Shown: positions 1-8,646 of the stretch, piece after piece
Numbering within the stretch: position 1 is the stretch's first letter
Layout: each line of letters starts with the position of its first letter
Source: a virus
Lineage: Duplodnaviria > Caudoviricetes
IMG/VR virus record: IMGVR_UViG_3300033489_000011
Coordinates: 1-54,140 of that record
Strand: one strand, 5' to 3'
DNA length: 54,140 nucleotides
Notes under the pieces: generated by a model
What the model was told of the DNA's origin: nothing
The model's database searches: none
What the model saw: only the letters and a program-made list of their open reading frames with translations
Made by a program: the position numbers and the translations under genes

Positions 1-162
1 ATGCGGCTCTCGATAAACTCAATATGGCGATCTCTCAAATGAAACCCGGAGGGAAACCCGACCCGGTAGTGGCAATTCCTCATTGGGCGAATGACGGCAA
101 TGGGACCGTGGCTGATTGCGAAGTTGCCACGGATACTCAGATCGGCAATTATGATCTGACCT
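1..162. repeat. Terminal direct repeat (left copy); circular-assembly overlap
   Basis: Identical to 53979..54140 except C127 vs A54105; the ORF at 53798 continues in frame into ORF 24..815. Confidence 0.95.
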
Positions 163-815
163 GCACCGCCTCGGTTGTGAGTCCTCCATCAGCGACCTTT
201 CAACTGCGTGACCCCTATTCTGTCTTGATCGCTACGGTCACGGCGGGAGTCCCGTATGGAGGCACGGAAATATCCTTCCGCATCAATATCGGAAGCATCC
301 CGTATTCAACCGGGGATTCATTTGACATAGAAATTACAGAGGCAAACATTGATCCTAATATCGATTTGACGGAAGCGCAAAAAGAGTGCGTCGATGCGAT
401 GCTTGGGAAAGACAAGGCGATGCGGGTTCTGAATAATTTATTGTCGAAATATGCCTCGCTCGAACGAGAAGAATATAGGTTGACACAGGCCATGTTGCCA
501 GATCAGCGGTCGGATGTATGGTGCGCGAACAAAACGACCACGCTCGCGGTAGGTCAAGAAGTCGGCACCATTGAAATCAACATGGAGCCATACGACATTC
601 TCATAATGCCGGATGGAGCAGTTAGCGGAGCGCTTGGCCTTTTGCAACACGTTGGAGTAAGCACACCATCAGCGGTCTTTTGGAATTGGGCGGTCATGCC
701 GGGAATACAGAGATGGAAACCGACCTACCGACTTGGAACCATTATCAGCATTGATTATGACAACAATACCTGCGACATTGCGTTGCATGGAGCATACAGC
801 ACGGTGGGCGTATGA
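1..815 (+). CDS. Distal tail protein, C-terminal part (gene starts at 53798 and spans the origin; ~331 aa total)
   Basis: ATG 53798 is 68 codons upstream of, and in frame with, the Met at 24 across the overlap; follows tail-tip genes; WKPTYRLGTI..IDYD..TCDI segment. Confidence 0.7.
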   Translation, partial: AALDKLNMAISQMKPGGKPDPVVAIPHWANDGNGTVADCEVATDTQIGNYDLTCTASVVSPPSATFQLRDPYSVLIATVTAGVPYGGTEISFRINIGSIPYSTGDSFDIEITEANIDPNIDLTEAQKECVDAMLGKDKAMRVLNNLLSKYASLEREEYRLTQAMLPDQRSDVWCANKTTTLAVGQEVGTIEINMEPYDILIMPDGAVSGALGLLQHVGVSTPSAVFWNWAVMPGIQRWKPTYRLGTIISIDYDNNTCDIALHGAYSTVGV

Positions 816-1240
816 GTGGATTACCGATCAACCAAGGGACAGAAGAATACCTGCTTGACAGCGGTTACACAGTTACCGGGTGGTCAGAGTTTGCCGCGCT
901 CAATCCAACCTTCGCGTTGGTGACGGAAACCGGCGATACAAAAATAACCATGACATCGGAATTGATGGATGATCTGAAAACCGTGAATGATGAAGTAAAT
1001 GACCGGAACACCTACAAGCGGGACATTGATACTTATGGAGAACTTGAACATTGGTCACTTATGTCGTCGGGAGCAAGTGGCGATTGTGAAGACTTCGCAT
1101 TGACGAAGGCCCAAAAGTTACTCGGCTTGGGATACCCGGCATCGGCAATAAAGATTGAGGTCGGTGATGTCCCGGATGGGCGTGGTCATTGCTGGCTTGT
1201 GGTGCAGACAGACAAAGGGGATATGGTTCTGGATATATGA
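812..1240 (+). CDS. Transglutaminase-like cysteine peptidase (BTLCP/LapG-like)
   Basis: GDCEDFALTK, GHCWLVV and VLD provide the Cys-His-Asp triad; VNDEVN and EHW motifs. Confidence 0.85.
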   Translation: MSGLPINQGTEEYLLDSGYTVTGWSEFAALNPTFALVTETGDTKITMTSELMDDLKTVNDEVNDRNTYKRDIDTYGELEHWSLMSSGASGDCEDFALTKAQKLLGLGYPASAIKIEVGDVPDGRGHCWLVVQTDKGDMVLDI

Positions 1241-2562
1241 AAGAGATTACTACCGCCGACAAGATTCCGTATCGCAACCGGGCGAGGTGGACGAAAGGTA
1301 AATGGCTTCAAAAGACCATTATCATTCGGAACGTCCCTATATCATACATGAAGGAAACGGATTGCGCTTTGTTCGTGCCGGCGTTACCCTCCTATTTGCC
1401 AACATACCCCGGTGATACGGCAGTCATTGAATTTCAGGATCAGGACTGGAGCAAGCCGAGGGTGATCGGAAAGGAGTATTTGCCAAGGGCGACCCAAGCG
1501 AACTTTTACATAGGCCCATCAACGTCGCCTTTCTCAGAATACACGCGGGATGAGGTCGCTATCCGAACTATGCGGTATTTTGGTGGTCTTGCTAATTCAC
1601 GGCTCGCTGACCTCTCAGGCGGGAATATAAAACTCTTGATACTTCCATGCCCGATCCGTGTTCTAAGCGATGCTGAGTTGACAGCAATTCAGTCATTTCG
1701 CGGAGGCGGTGGCAGGGTTGCCTTCTTTGCCGGACGCGATCTTGAGAAGGCAAATGATGTGCTTAACCAACTCGGTTCGCAGTTTGAAATCTTACCAACC
1801 TATGACGCGGTGGAAGAAGGTGTTTATATCATTTCCGGTATATGCAATATGGATGATGCCCCGACAATGTTTTGGATCGCGGCAAATCCTACCGGTTGGA
1901 TAAGTAAGCGTCAGTCTTTTTGGAGTGCCGCGCCATTTAAGGATATGTCTGGATTCGGGTTGGCTTATAACGACGTTACCGCGGTCATTTATGATACCTA
2001 CCTCATTCAACAATCATATCCGTATAGTTCCCTGTATATGACGGACATCATGCCGGATTTAATAGATAGTCCTCCAACGTGGGATGATGTTGAATGGGCG
2101 TTTATGAGTCTATACTTTCCTGCGGGTCACGTTGCAGAATATCCAGAAGGCAAAGCGGCCTTATATGATTGGCTTGCGGCAAATACCTCGTTCCTACCAT
2201 ATAGCCGAATGGCGCAGTCTGGATGGTCAATGCCGACGATTTGGACTCCGTATGGCAATGTATGGAACTTGGAGTCAGCCCGTGCCTATGTCGATTTTTT
2301 CGGGGCGCTTTGTGCTTATGCCTCAGATAACCTCATAGTGTGTTCATTCCGACTTGATATGCTCACAAATGCCGTAGGCGATCCTGATGCGTTTGATTAT
2401 TATTTTTGGCCTGTTCAGTTCTTTGATTGGCTGATCAATGGGAAACTGACTCAGCATGATTTTTTTCAAAGGGGTTGGAAATTTGTACCGTGGTCGCCAT
2501 ATCAAGCAAAATATATGTCCGGTGGAATAGGATTCTTACCGGGAACCATGACGGGCGGTTAG
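1237..2562 (+). CDS. Putative tail-associated protein
   Basis: ATGA overlap with the previous ORF; N-terminal NVPISYM..GDTAVIEFQDQDWSKPRVIG looks like a tail-protein segment; aromatic-rich C-terminus of unknown function. Confidence 0.55.
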   Translation: MKEITTADKIPYRNRARWTKGKWLQKTIIIRNVPISYMKETDCALFVPALPSYLPTYPGDTAVIEFQDQDWSKPRVIGKEYLPRATQANFYIGPSTSPFSEYTRDEVAIRTMRYFGGLANSRLADLSGGNIKLLILPCPIRVLSDAELTAIQSFRGGGGRVAFFAGRDLEKANDVLNQLGSQFEILPTYDAVEEGVYIISGICNMDDAPTMFWIAANPTGWISKRQSFWSAAPFKDMSGFGLAYNDVTAVIYDTYLIQQSYPYSSLYMTDIMPDLIDSPPTWDDVEWAFMSLYFPAGHVAEYPEGKAALYDWLAANTSFLPYSRMAQSGWSMPTIWTPYGNVWNLESARAYVDFFGALCAYASDNLIVCSFRLDMLTNAVGDPDAFDYYFWPVQFFDWLINGKLTQHDFFQRGWKFVPWSPYQAKYMSGGIGFLPGTMTGG

Positions 2563-2580
2563 CGGCATTTAGGAGAAAAA

Positions 2581-2710
2581 GCGTAGAGACTTGTAGAGAC
2601 CATGAAAAAAGGCCCCTCGCGGAGGCCCCGTAAATGGTGGGTCGTATGGGAATCGAACCCACGACCAACGGATTAAAAGCCTGGTGATCGGTGTAGACAA
2701 ATGTAGACAA
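2581..2710. repeat. Paired 10-bp-period direct repeats GTAGAGAC (2583, 2593) and TGTAGACAAA (2692, 2702); candidate integrase arm-type sites
   Basis: Tandem repeats flank the tRNA fragments next to the integrase; further GTAGACA copies near 2836 and 2866. Confidence 0.55.
2635..2679 (-). other. attP-like core 1: 3' half of tRNA-Lys(UUU)
   Basis: Minus strand reads CTTTTAATCCGTTGGTCGTGGGTTCGATTCCCATACGACCCACCA (anticodon loop, T arm, acceptor strand, CCA); no D arm or 5' half; followed by hairpin + T run. Confidence 0.85.
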
Positions 2711-2746
2711 ACTAAAAAAGGGCCACCTTGCGGAAGCCCGTGTTAT

Positions 2747-2794
2747 TGGTGCCCCTGGAGTGATTCGAACACTCGGCCTGCGGATTAGGAATCC
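2747..2794 (-). other. attP-like core 2: 3' half of tRNA-Arg(CCU)
   Basis: Minus strand reads GGATTCCTAATCCGCAGGCCGAGTGTTCGAATCACTCCAGGGGCACCA; no 5' half; directly downstream of the integrase. Confidence 0.85.
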
Positions 2795-2843
2795 TGAATG
2801 GTCTCAGTAAATACAGGGATTGCGGGCCGTAAGGCGTAGACAC

Positions 2844-4031
2844 TCAGCCTTTATCAGGAGTGTTCGTAGACAGCACACCCGAAAGCGTTGCATTTGCTGC
2901 CTTTCCCATGTGCCCCATGGCCACATGCGTGTACCATTCCGTCGATTCGATCTCCGAATGGCCGAGGTACGACTGGATCACCCGGAGATTCACATCGTTC
3001 CCCATCAGGTGCGTCGCGATCGAATGACGGAACAGATGATGGTTCACCTTTTTCTCGATGCCCGCTTCCCGGCAGGCCTTCAGCAGCGCCTTCCGGATGT
3101 CGTATATCGGTTTCGACTCGGTCTCTGTTGATCCGCGCCCGGTTTTGCGGCTGGCGAACACGTATTCTCCTCGTTTCTCTACCGCATCAAGAGCCGTTTT
3201 CAGCCATTCGTTCATCGGCAGGATCTTCTGTTCCCCGCCCTTCTGGACGACTCGGACGGCGCCGGTGCCGAGATCGATATCAGACCACCTGAGATTTCTG
3301 GCCTCGGAGAGCCGGAGCCCCAGGGTATACAGGCACAGGATGAACGCCCGGTGAAACGGCGTCACGGCGTTCAGGATCCGGACTATCTCGCTCGGGGAGA
3401 GGACAAACGGCTTCGGGCGGGCGTGGGGCAGGCGCTCGATATGGATCGGTTTGAGCTCCAGCTCCCTTTCACGCCGGCACCATTTGAGGAATCCCGAAAA
3501 ATAGGAGAGCTCCTTCATGATGGTCCGGTTGCCGATCATGCCCTTGTACACCGGGATCTTGTTCCCGTCCGGATCCTTTCTATATGTTTTGAGGGCCAGT
3601 TCCCCCTTCCTCATTTTTTTATAGATGTTGATATGGTGGACGTTCAGGTCCTCGATCCGTTCCTTTCCGAGGAGCCGCATGATGTGGCCGTAGTAGATGG
3701 TCGAAATATCCCGATAGGTGGTCTTTGCCCGATACTGCTTGTACCAGTCCAGGTAGGCGGAAAACAGGTCGTCGACTGTCTGGCCCTCAACGGGCTTTGT
3801 CCTGGGCGTTTTCTCGTCGTTCGCGGCGCGGCGGAGCTCGATCTCAATCGACTCGGCTTCATCGCGGGTCGTAATGGCCTCCGGCAGGGGATAGCGGATT
3901 CTTTTTCCAAACCTGCCGTCCGGCCAGTAATCCACAATGAAGCTGAATTCCGCGGACCCGCAGGCGGGGCAGATAATTTCAGCCGCCCGGATCCGGCGCC
4001 TGCAATATCGGCATTTAACGATCAGGGCCAT
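2844..4031 (-). CDS. int: Tyrosine integrase with N-terminal CxxC..CxxC zinc ribbon
   Basis: GLRLSEA, HLFRHS, LGHS..STEWY catalytic R-H-R-H-Y motifs; probable start MALIVKC at 4031 (ORF track extends to 4118). Confidence 0.95.
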   Translation of the reverse strand: MALIVKCRYCRRRIRAAEIICPACGSAEFSFIVDYWPDGRFGKRIRYPLPEAITTRDEAESIEIELRRAANDEKTPRTKPVEGQTVDDLFSAYLDWYKQYRAKTTYRDISTIYYGHIMRLLGKERIEDLNVHHINIYKKMRKGELALKTYRKDPDGNKIPVYKGMIGNRTIMKELSYFSGFLKWCRRERELELKPIHIERLPHARPKPFVLSPSEIVRILNAVTPFHRAFILCLYTLGLRLSEARNLRWSDIDLGTGAVRVVQKGGEQKILPMNEWLKTALDAVEKRGEYVFASRKTGRGSTETESKPIYDIRKALLKACREAGIEKKVNHHLFRHSIATHLMGNDVNLRVIQSYLGHSEIESTEWYTHVAMGHMGKAANATLSGVLSTNTPDKG

Positions 4032-4032
4032 A

Positions 4033-4197
4033 TCAATTCCCGCATTGGAAAACCATGGCCATGGACGCCGCCAGGCCGATGGCGATAAGCAGCGCCCAGG
4101 CATAACTTCCATAGTCATGCCGGGCGCCGCATTGCGGACAGCGCCCGGCGGATCTGCTGATCATGGCGCCGCACTCGCGGCAGGGGATCAGGGCCAT
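4033..4197 (-). CDS. Small zinc-ribbon membrane protein (54 aa)
   Basis: MALIPCRECGAMISRSAGRCPQCG plus a hydrophobic C-terminal helix; start overlaps the upstream stop codon. Confidence 0.65.
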   Translation of the reverse strand: MALIPCRECGAMISRSAGRCPQCGARHDYGSYAWALLIAIGLAASMAMVFQCGN

Positions 4198-4703
4198 TAT
4201 TTGTTTTCCAGTTCTCGAAGTTTCCGGCGTTTAGCCTCCACTTCCTTGTCTTGGTCCTTCTTCAGGTCGTCATACATATTAATCTCCCATTGAGATTTTG
4301 CATTTCTCCGCCTGTCGTCATATCGGTTCTGATATTTTTCTTCAAAATCTAAGGCTTCTTTTGCTCTCCTCAATTCAGATTCTCTCTGCTCTTTTTTATT
4401 TTCATCCCGCCATTTTTCGGCAGCCTCACGATATTGCTGTCGCTGCCTGCCGAGTTCGGCTTCGCGTTCATTCATCAATCTCAGGCGCTCTTGCTGAATC
4501 TGATATAGTCTGATCTCCTCGGGGGAGTCCTTCCTATATCGCTCCTGGCCGATCATTTTGACTGCTTTGTCCGGCGGCCGGTCCGTGATGTGACGGATGC
4601 CCTGTTCATCGACCCACATATAGACTTCGGCGGCGGGAATGTTGGCAGTAACAGCCACAAGAGCAAGAAACAAGGCGAAAAAATGAAAGATCCGGATATT
4701 CAT
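4197..4703 (-). CDS. Exported DUF4124-like protein with coiled coil
   Basis: Signal peptide then AEVYMWVDEQGIRHITDRPP motif; GGAGG RBS. Confidence 0.8.
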   Translation of the reverse strand: MNIRIFHFFALFLALVAVTANIPAAEVYMWVDEQGIRHITDRPPDKAVKMIGQERYRKDSPEEIRLYQIQQERLRLMNEREAELGRQRQQYREAAEKWRDENKKEQRESELRRAKEALDFEEKYQNRYDDRRRNAKSQWEINMYDDLKKDQDKEVEAKRRKLRELENK

Positions 4704-4733
4704 GGTTCACCTCCTATAGAAAGTTCAGGTAGA

Positions 4734-5288
4734 TCACACGGCCCTCCGTCTTTTGGCGGTAGACCTGGCCGGTGCTTGCGGAATACCGCCACCTGACCCG
4801 CTTGATAGACTTTGCTCAAGATTTTTCACTCGCCGATCGAGCTCCACAGATTTTTTGAATGCCTTGATGTTGGCTTTTAACGCTTCGGCGAATTCTCCGT
4901 TGTCGTCGATGATGTATTTCACGCGGCGGCAGAGCTCCCGGAGATCATCATCGCATTTGACGGGACATTCACCCGCTGATATTCCGTAGCTCCCTTGATC
5001 AGCCACCATTAGAGCGGGTCTGTCCTGCTCCGGCGCCGTTAAATACACAGGCTCGGGGTTTTCCCCAGCAAGAAGCCAGTCGACGGATACGCCAAATTTG
5101 TTGCGGATGATGAAAAATATCTGTCCATCTGGAAGATTTTCTCCGTTACACCAGCGGCGAACAGAATCATAAACAACTCCGAGCGCGTCTGCGAAGGCAT
5201 ACTTCCCCCCGTTATCATCAGCAATCTTGCTGATATTCTTGGCAAATAAAAAATAATCAGATTTATACGTTTTTTTTCTTGACATCAC
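4734..5288 (-). CDS. CI-like HTH (XRE) repressor
   Basis: FADALGVVYDSVRRWCNGENLP..FGVSVDWLLAG; divergent from the early operon. Confidence 0.8.
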   Translation of the reverse strand: MMSRKKTYKSDYFLFAKNISKIADDNGGKYAFADALGVVYDSVRRWCNGENLPDGQIFFIIRNKFGVSVDWLLAGENPEPVYLTAPEQDRPALMVADQGSYGISAGECPVKCDDDLRELCRRVKYIIDDNGEFAEALKANIKAFKKSVELDRRVKNLEQSLSSGSGGGIPQAPARSTAKRRRAV

Positions 5289-5307
5289 TTATTTATTCGT
5301 GTATTCA
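5279..5307 (+). promoter_or_regulatory. Putative sigma70 early rightward promoter
   Basis: TTGACA-17 bp-TATTCA overlapping the repressor start. Confidence 0.4.
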
Positions 5308-5358
5308 TTCACCCCAGGCGGTTAAGATTTTTCCCCCAAACCTTAACGAGGTGCCCCC

Positions 5359-5553
5359 ATGAAAACCATCCAGATTACCGCCGAGCCAATCAACAAGGAG
5401 TTTTGGGATCGCTTTGCCGCAGAACTTTTAGCAAGGATTCCGAAATTATTCCTTGAAGATCGATCCATCGACGCACAACGTCCGACAGGACCTGTATCTC
5501 AATCTCCTTCGTTATCTCCTCACCTGCCTGCTTCCGGAGAAGCAGGGCCGTGA
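5359..5553 (+). CDS. Hypothetical protein
   Basis: GAGG RBS; first ORF of the rightward operon. Confidence 0.45.
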   Translation: MKTIQITAEPINKEFWDRFAAELLARIPKLFLEDRSIDAQRPTGPVSQSPSLSPHLPASGEAGP

Positions 5554-5882
5554 AATATGCATTGATCAGGGATGCTGAAATGACAGGAGAAAACACAGAT
5601 ATGCTGTCGACGGACAATTTAACCTTGGATTCATTCATAATGACACCCCAAGAATTAGACGCCTTCCGCAAGGAGATCAAGAAACGGATGATCGATCTCG
5701 GGCTCGATCGTTGGCGATCCTACAAGGTCGTCCTGCCGCACATTTCCGCCCGACTTGGCCGGCCGGTCAATTACAACAGCCTGGTCATGACCATGACCGG
5801 GTACCGCAACGGAGAAAGTTCCGTTGAGATCCTCAAGACGCTCCAGGAGGTTCTCGCCGCTTGGCCGTCCGAAGCGGCATGA
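5550..5882 (+). CDS. Cro-like DNA-binding protein
   Basis: Position opposite the repressor; small basic helical protein. Confidence 0.5.
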   Translation: MKYALIRDAEMTGENTDMLSTDNLTLDSFIMTPQELDAFRKEIKKRMIDLGLDRWRSYKVVLPHISARLGRPVNYNSLVMTMTGYRNGESSVEILKTLQEVLAAWPSEAA

Positions 5883-5954
5883 AGAAACGCCCATTTGTGA
5901 ATTTATACACAGGAGGAAAACAAAAGGCAATTAAATTTTTAGGGAGGATTGTTC

Positions 5955-6413
5955 ATGGGCTCATTGAGAGAACACATTTACGACACCATCCATCGAAACG
6001 AAAAACCGCTCAAACTCATCGCTGAGGAGACCAGCATGAGTGAAAACTATCTAACGCGAACAGGGCTTCCCGATCACGATGAATCGGAAACCGGTTCCGG
6101 ATGCAACTTCCCCCTGAAAAAACTCATCCCCGTAATCAAATCAACGGACGATTATCAGATTGTCGATCATATTGAGGAATCCCTGGGGCGCGTTGCATAT
6201 AGGCTTCCCAGGGCGCTCGGGGCGCTGAATGACGTCGTTCGCCTGTCCATGGTTAGCATCAGGGAATTCGGCGAGCTCATGTCTTCCTTGGAGCAAGGTA
6301 TCGCGGATGGACGGTTGACCGACAAGGAACGATCAATGATCGCCAAGGAAGGTTACGAGGCCGTCCAGGCGATCGTTAGCCTGTTGAAGGGTATCGAGAA
6401 GCAATATGCATAA
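5955..6413 (+). CDS. Phage regulatory CII-like protein
   Basis: N-terminal HTH-like segment and C-terminal IREFGELM..IADGRLTDKE motif; GGAGG RBS. Confidence 0.7.
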   Translation: MGSLREHIYDTIHRNEKPLKLIAEETSMSENYLTRTGLPDHDESETGSGCNFPLKKLIPVIKSTDDYQIVDHIEESLGRVAYRLPRALGALNDVVRLSMVSIREFGELMSSLEQGIADGRLTDKERSMIAKEGYEAVQAIVSLLKGIEKQYA

Positions 6414-6981
6414 AACCGAAGAACAGCGGCTCCGCCACCTCGAGGAGATGATCGAGGAGATCCACGCCTGGATGATCCTCGGCGGGGAGAGGATCCCCGG
6501 CAAGGCGGAGTACGATCGCGCGATCCGGGAGCTGCTGAAGGGGAATTCGAAGCCGCTGGAGCTCTACAAGCAGCGCGGCGGCGTGATCCCGAAGGCGGAT
6601 CCGGATTGCCTGCAGAATCGCTTCAGACGCTGCGGCGGTCATGTCGAGAGGCCGGGCGTTTCCGGCAAACCCACTGAGGACCGCCCGGGCGGCGGCATTG
6701 TCCCAAAATTGGCAACCATCTATCCAACCGCGGCCGCGCAGGGAGGCGGAACGAGCAGAAGGATGCATACCCGGAATTCCAAAGCGCCGTCGCTGCAGGA
6801 TGGGGTCTGCGGCGGTCCTCTTGCCGGATCCGCAAACCTACCGCCGGCCGCCCAACCCGGCAGGGGGCGAGCAACCAATCGGGACTTGCGCCAGAGCTGC
6901 GCAGCCCGGTCGCGTGGATTAAGGTCCCTGTCCGGCCCGGTCATGCTCCCGGAAACCAAAGAGCAGCGGCGCGTGTTGTAG
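6406..6981 (+). CDS. Hypothetical protein
   Basis: Coupled to the CII-like gene; N-terminal ~65 aa protein-like, C-terminal part low complexity. Confidence 0.4.
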   Translation: MHKTEEQRLRHLEEMIEEIHAWMILGGERIPGKAEYDRAIRELLKGNSKPLELYKQRGGVIPKADPDCLQNRFRRCGGHVERPGVSGKPTEDRPGGGIVPKLATIYPTAAAQGGGTSRRMHTRNSKAPSLQDGVCGGPLAGSANLPPAAQPGRGRATNRDLRQSCAARSRGLRSLSGPVMLPETKEQRRVL

Positions 6982-7127
6982 TAGTAGCAGATGGGGCCGG
7001 TCCCCACGACGGCCCCGCAATCAAGAATGGAGATCGCCACGAAAATCGTCATTGCGATCTGGATTGTTGTCGGGTTGCTGATTCTGCTTCTCGGATATCT
7101 GATCCGGGAAAAAATCAAGTAAGGAGG

Positions 7128-7412
7128 TTGGCCATGAAAGGATGCTGTCCTCGTTGTCTCGGCACCGGCCGCGTCAATTATGGTTCCGACACGGAAACCG
7201 GCCGTTTGTCCGCTTCATGTTTCCATCCCCCTTTCCATTCCTCGCCTCTCATGGAAAGCGAGGAGGAGAAGATTTTCTTTCTCGACGGCCTGCAGGTCTA
7301 TTTCTCGATGATCCGAAATCACCCGCGCGAGGCGCTCACCGCAATCGGCGGCGCGGCCCTGATCCTGCTGATCCTGTTTGGCCTGATCTTCACGGCTGGG
7401 GCGATGCAATGA
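7128..7412 (+). CDS. Hypothetical membrane protein
   Basis: GGAGG RBS, CPRC motif, C-terminal TM helix. Confidence 0.55.
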   Translation: MAMKGCCPRCLGTGRVNYGSDTETGRLSASCFHPPFHSSPLMESEEEKIFFLDGLQVYFSMIRNHPREALTAIGGAALILLILFGLIFTAGAMQ

Positions 7413-7600
7413 TGCGCGATATGACGAAAAGGCAATATGAGGCGGCTCTCAAGCGGCATGGATTTCGGCAGGAGCCGTTCGGATATGTGATGGTCACGGA
7501 TAGACTCATTGTTCATCCGGCAAACGTCGGGAAAAACCGAAGGGCGAGGCTGGCATACCTGATCAGTCGCGCCGACGAATCGGTCGCAAAGGCGATATAG
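7409..7600 (+). CDS. Hypothetical protein
   Basis: ATGA-coupled; MMRDMTKRQYEAALKRHGF. Confidence 0.55.
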   Translation: MMRDMTKRQYEAALKRHGFRQEPFGYVMVTDRLIVHPANVGKNRRARLAYLISRADESVAKAI

Positions 7601-7602
7601 CC

Positions 7603-7863
7603 ATGATCGAGAGCAAATACCTCGAATTTTTCAAGGCTGGCTACACCGGGAAAACCGAAGTCTATGATGTCTTATCAAAGCATCAAGGTTCCATTTTGGG
7701 TCATATCAAATGGTATCCGGCTTGGCGACAATATTGTTTCTTCCCCTCGCCGAACTGCATTTTCAACGTCGGGTGCCTGGGGGACATCAGCGCGTTTATC
7801 GGGGAGTTAATGGCGGAGAGAAGGAGGGTAAAAACCCGATCCGCCAAAGGGGCGCCGCCATGA
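7603..7863 (+). CDS. Hypothetical phage protein
   Basis: LGHIKWYPAWRQYCFFP..FN..CL.DI, a common small phage protein pattern. Confidence 0.65.
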   Translation: MIESKYLEFFKAGYTGKTEVYDVLSKHQGSILGHIKWYPAWRQYCFFPSPNCIFNVGCLGDISAFIGELMAERRRVKTRSAKGAPP

Positions 7864-8120
7864 TCCCTCGGGCTGAAAAATATTTCCGCTGGGGAACGCA
7901 GGCGCGTCGCCTCTATGATCTCCTGGCCTGCGGCCCGGCGACGGGCGACCAGATCGTCCGGCAGACCCGGATCATCGGCTACCCGAAAAAGATCGGCGAG
8001 ATCCGCCGGAAAATAGCCGGGACGGGCGTCACCGTCAAGGCCCGCCCGATCAACGGACGGAGGAACCGTTGGGAGTACCGCCTGGCAGTGGAGGACGCAC
8101 GAAAACCAAACACGCACTGA
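7860..8120 (+). CDS. Winged-HTH-like protein
   Basis: TQARRLYDLL..GPATG..YPKKIGEIRR..WEYRL; ATGA-coupled. Confidence 0.55.
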   Translation: MIPRAEKYFRWGTQARRLYDLLACGPATGDQIVRQTRIIGYPKKIGEIRRKIAGTGVTVKARPINGRRNRWEYRLAVEDARKPNTH

Positions 8121-8191
8121 GCGGCGCCGGAGGGCGGCGACGACATTTGCCGCGCCGACAAGGCTCTTACGGAAAAGATCAGGGCGCAATC

Positions 8192-8410
8192 ATGATGAAT
8201 CGCCGCTGGAAATTTGCGATCGAAACCGACAGCGGAGACGGATATTTGCTCGTTTCGGGCGACCTGGTCCATGATCCGGACGCCGCCGAAGACTGGATCG
8301 GCACATCCCGCCAGGCGGATGCCGAAGCCCTGCGTCGCGTCGATCTCTATGAAGGCGCTCACGGCAGCGTCATTAACCGGATCGTCTATGAATCCCAGGG
8401 GAGGGCGTAA
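8192..8410 (+). CDS. Hypothetical protein
   Basis: Fits the operon; coupled to the next ORF. Confidence 0.5.
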   Translation: MMNRRWKFAIETDSGDGYLLVSGDLVHDPDAAEDWIGTSRQADAEALRRVDLYEGAHGSVINRIVYESQGRA

Positions 8411-8640
8411 TGAAAAAATTGCTCGCGATCACAATCGCCGCCGCGTTTCTGTTGGCCGCTTATTTCGGCCTTGCCTGGTGGCTGATGATGGCGCCGCCAC
8501 GGCCGCATAGCTTCCCGCCCTTGAGTCCCGCGGAAAAGAAGTGGTTCGAATCCCGCATGAAATATCATGGAATCAATAGCTGCATCCGGGATGAGACAGG
8601 GCATTATTTCATCCGAGACGGGAAGCGATGCAAATTATAG
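8410..8640 (+). CDS. Hypothetical protein with N-terminal TM/signal
   Basis: GGAGG RBS; hydrophobic N-terminus. Confidence 0.55.
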   Translation: MKKLLAITIAAAFLLAAYFGLAWWLMMAPPRPHSFPPLSPAEKKWFESRMKYHGINSCIRDETGHYFIRDGKRCKL

Positions 8641-8646
8641 GGGGAA

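Noticed and set aside
2635-2794. Two complete phage tRNA genes
   Set aside because: D arms and 5' acceptor strands are missing; similarity stops at the anticodon arm
5390-5680. Minus-strand ORF inside the early operon
   Set aside because: Reads as protein-like but overlaps two plus-strand ORFs; cannot decide which is real without homology data
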